From Sarea resinae (lineage: Eukaryota), in NCBI GenBank assembly GCA_026026165.1, contig JAPEUD010000003.1:62001-126000 (forward strand): a stretch of 64,000 nt of DNA, written 5' to 3'. The translations under genes were made by a program, and so were the position numbers. The first letter of the stretch is position 1, and every line of letters begins with the position of its first letter. Shown in pieces: positions 62,656-64,000 of the stretch. The notes under the pieces are model-generated. The model had not been told where the DNA came from. It made no database searches and was given only the letters and a program-made list of their open reading frames with translations.

Positions 62656-64000
62656 AATGCAACGATTGATGGGTACGATTGGAGTTTCCGTTTCGGTTTC
62701 CGGCCTTCTTCGGACCGAATGCGCGAGGTCAGGTGTCGTGGGGGCCCCCAAAGTCGCCCGGAGGGGTGTAGGTACGCGAGTGTGGCCGATCGATCAAGAG
62801 TTTGATGACACCGAGACAGAAAGAGAGAGAGAGATACAGAGAGAGATACAGAGAGAGAGAGAGAGAAAAAGAGAGAGCAGCTAAAGCGAACCCGATCAAA
62901 CCAGATCTAGTAATATCTAATCCAGACCCGCACTTACTGAATAATGCCAAAAAAAAAAGACGTGGCTTTTCCCTCTTTCGATTGATGACCCACATAACCA
63001 TAGCAGAGGAGTTGGGATGACAAGATTCCCCGTCCATGCTTTTGAAAAACAAGATTAATCATAATAATGATAATAATAATAATAAACGTGGCACATGCAC
63101 CACCACCAAAGAGGACGGGGAGAGCTCTCTGTCCTCTTAGTATTTAACATGAAAAGACGGCCCTCGGCCATGCTTTTTGATTGTAGGATCCCAGTCTCAG
63201 TCTCTGTTTCTGTCTCTGTCTGGTCTACGGCACGGTACCAGTAGACACTTTGCATCATTCGAAGCATTCCATATGGATTCATTATATATATACTGGTTTC
63301 CGGACATATGTATCGACAATCTATGACAGATGTGCGCATGCTCACTCCCTCACCCATTGCATACCATACGTATCTCTCCGTAACCTCATCCGGATTTCTC
63401 TTCAATTAGTTTCGTACCGTCATGATGTCTGTCGTACCCTCTGGCATTCCTCATGCTTTCCGGATCCGCCCCCCCCCCCGCACTATCTTTTCTCTCCGTT
63501 ATTTTCCTCGATCCATGTTGCATCCCCCTCGTTCTTGTATCCCAATCGTGATCTCGTTGTCTCGACTACCCGTCTGTCCCCATTCAGGCCCGAACATTCT
63601 TTAAGCAGCTGTGCGGATGCGAGTCTATATGTCAAAAGAAGGGGAAAACCCATGGGCAAAAAAATGGGGTGAATGCAAGCGACATGACAGAAGGCACAAA
63701 TGCAGAATAATCCCAAAGCAAGATGCGACGCCCTGCACCCAAAATCACCACGCCGAAGAACGCAATGCCAAAGCAGCACTATCTCATCCAATCGTCAAGC
63801 TTAATCAAACTCAACATCTCCAACTCCACTACTGGCACTAGCCGCCGCTCGAGCAGCAGCAGCCTGTCTAGCCTGTGCCCTCTCAGCTCTCCTTCGCCGA
63901 CGATTACTGGCCCAATCGGCACTCGCCTCCGTATTGGTACCGTCGTGGGCCCCGGGACTACCGATGCTTGCGCTGCCGGGGGAGGAGAAGTGGCCTGGGG

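Overview
Eukaryotic, intron-rich DNA from a filamentous ascomycete (Pezizomycotina-type gene content; short GT-AG introns with CTRAY branch points). I can support about 19 protein-coding genes. They comprise three Zn2Cys6 transcription factors (COL-26/BglR-like, a fungal_trans_2-type, an AlcR-like), an NmrA-like reductase, 6-phosphogluconolactonase, an OPT transporter, a BCAS3-like WD40 protein, DPM2, CWC22, POB3, PHO85/PhoA, a PH-domain protein, NNF1, a myosin regulatory light chain, MesA/Afi1, a Cys-rich secreted/GPI protein and three hypothetical proteins. I found no rRNA, tRNA, CRISPR array or intact transposase, and no convincing multi-gene novel system. The strongest leads are: (i) a 'hypothetical' gene that looks like a divergent augmin HAUS8/QWRF subunit; (ii) a splice-dependent switch upstream of PHO85 (uORF versus N-terminally extended kinase); (iii) a POB3 start codon split by an intron; (iv) a small CxxC...CxxC microprotein gene; (v) an AlcR-like TF + NmrA pair bracketed by RIP-like degenerate DNA. 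Family assignments come from motif recognition, not database searches. Exon boundaries were inferred by hand.
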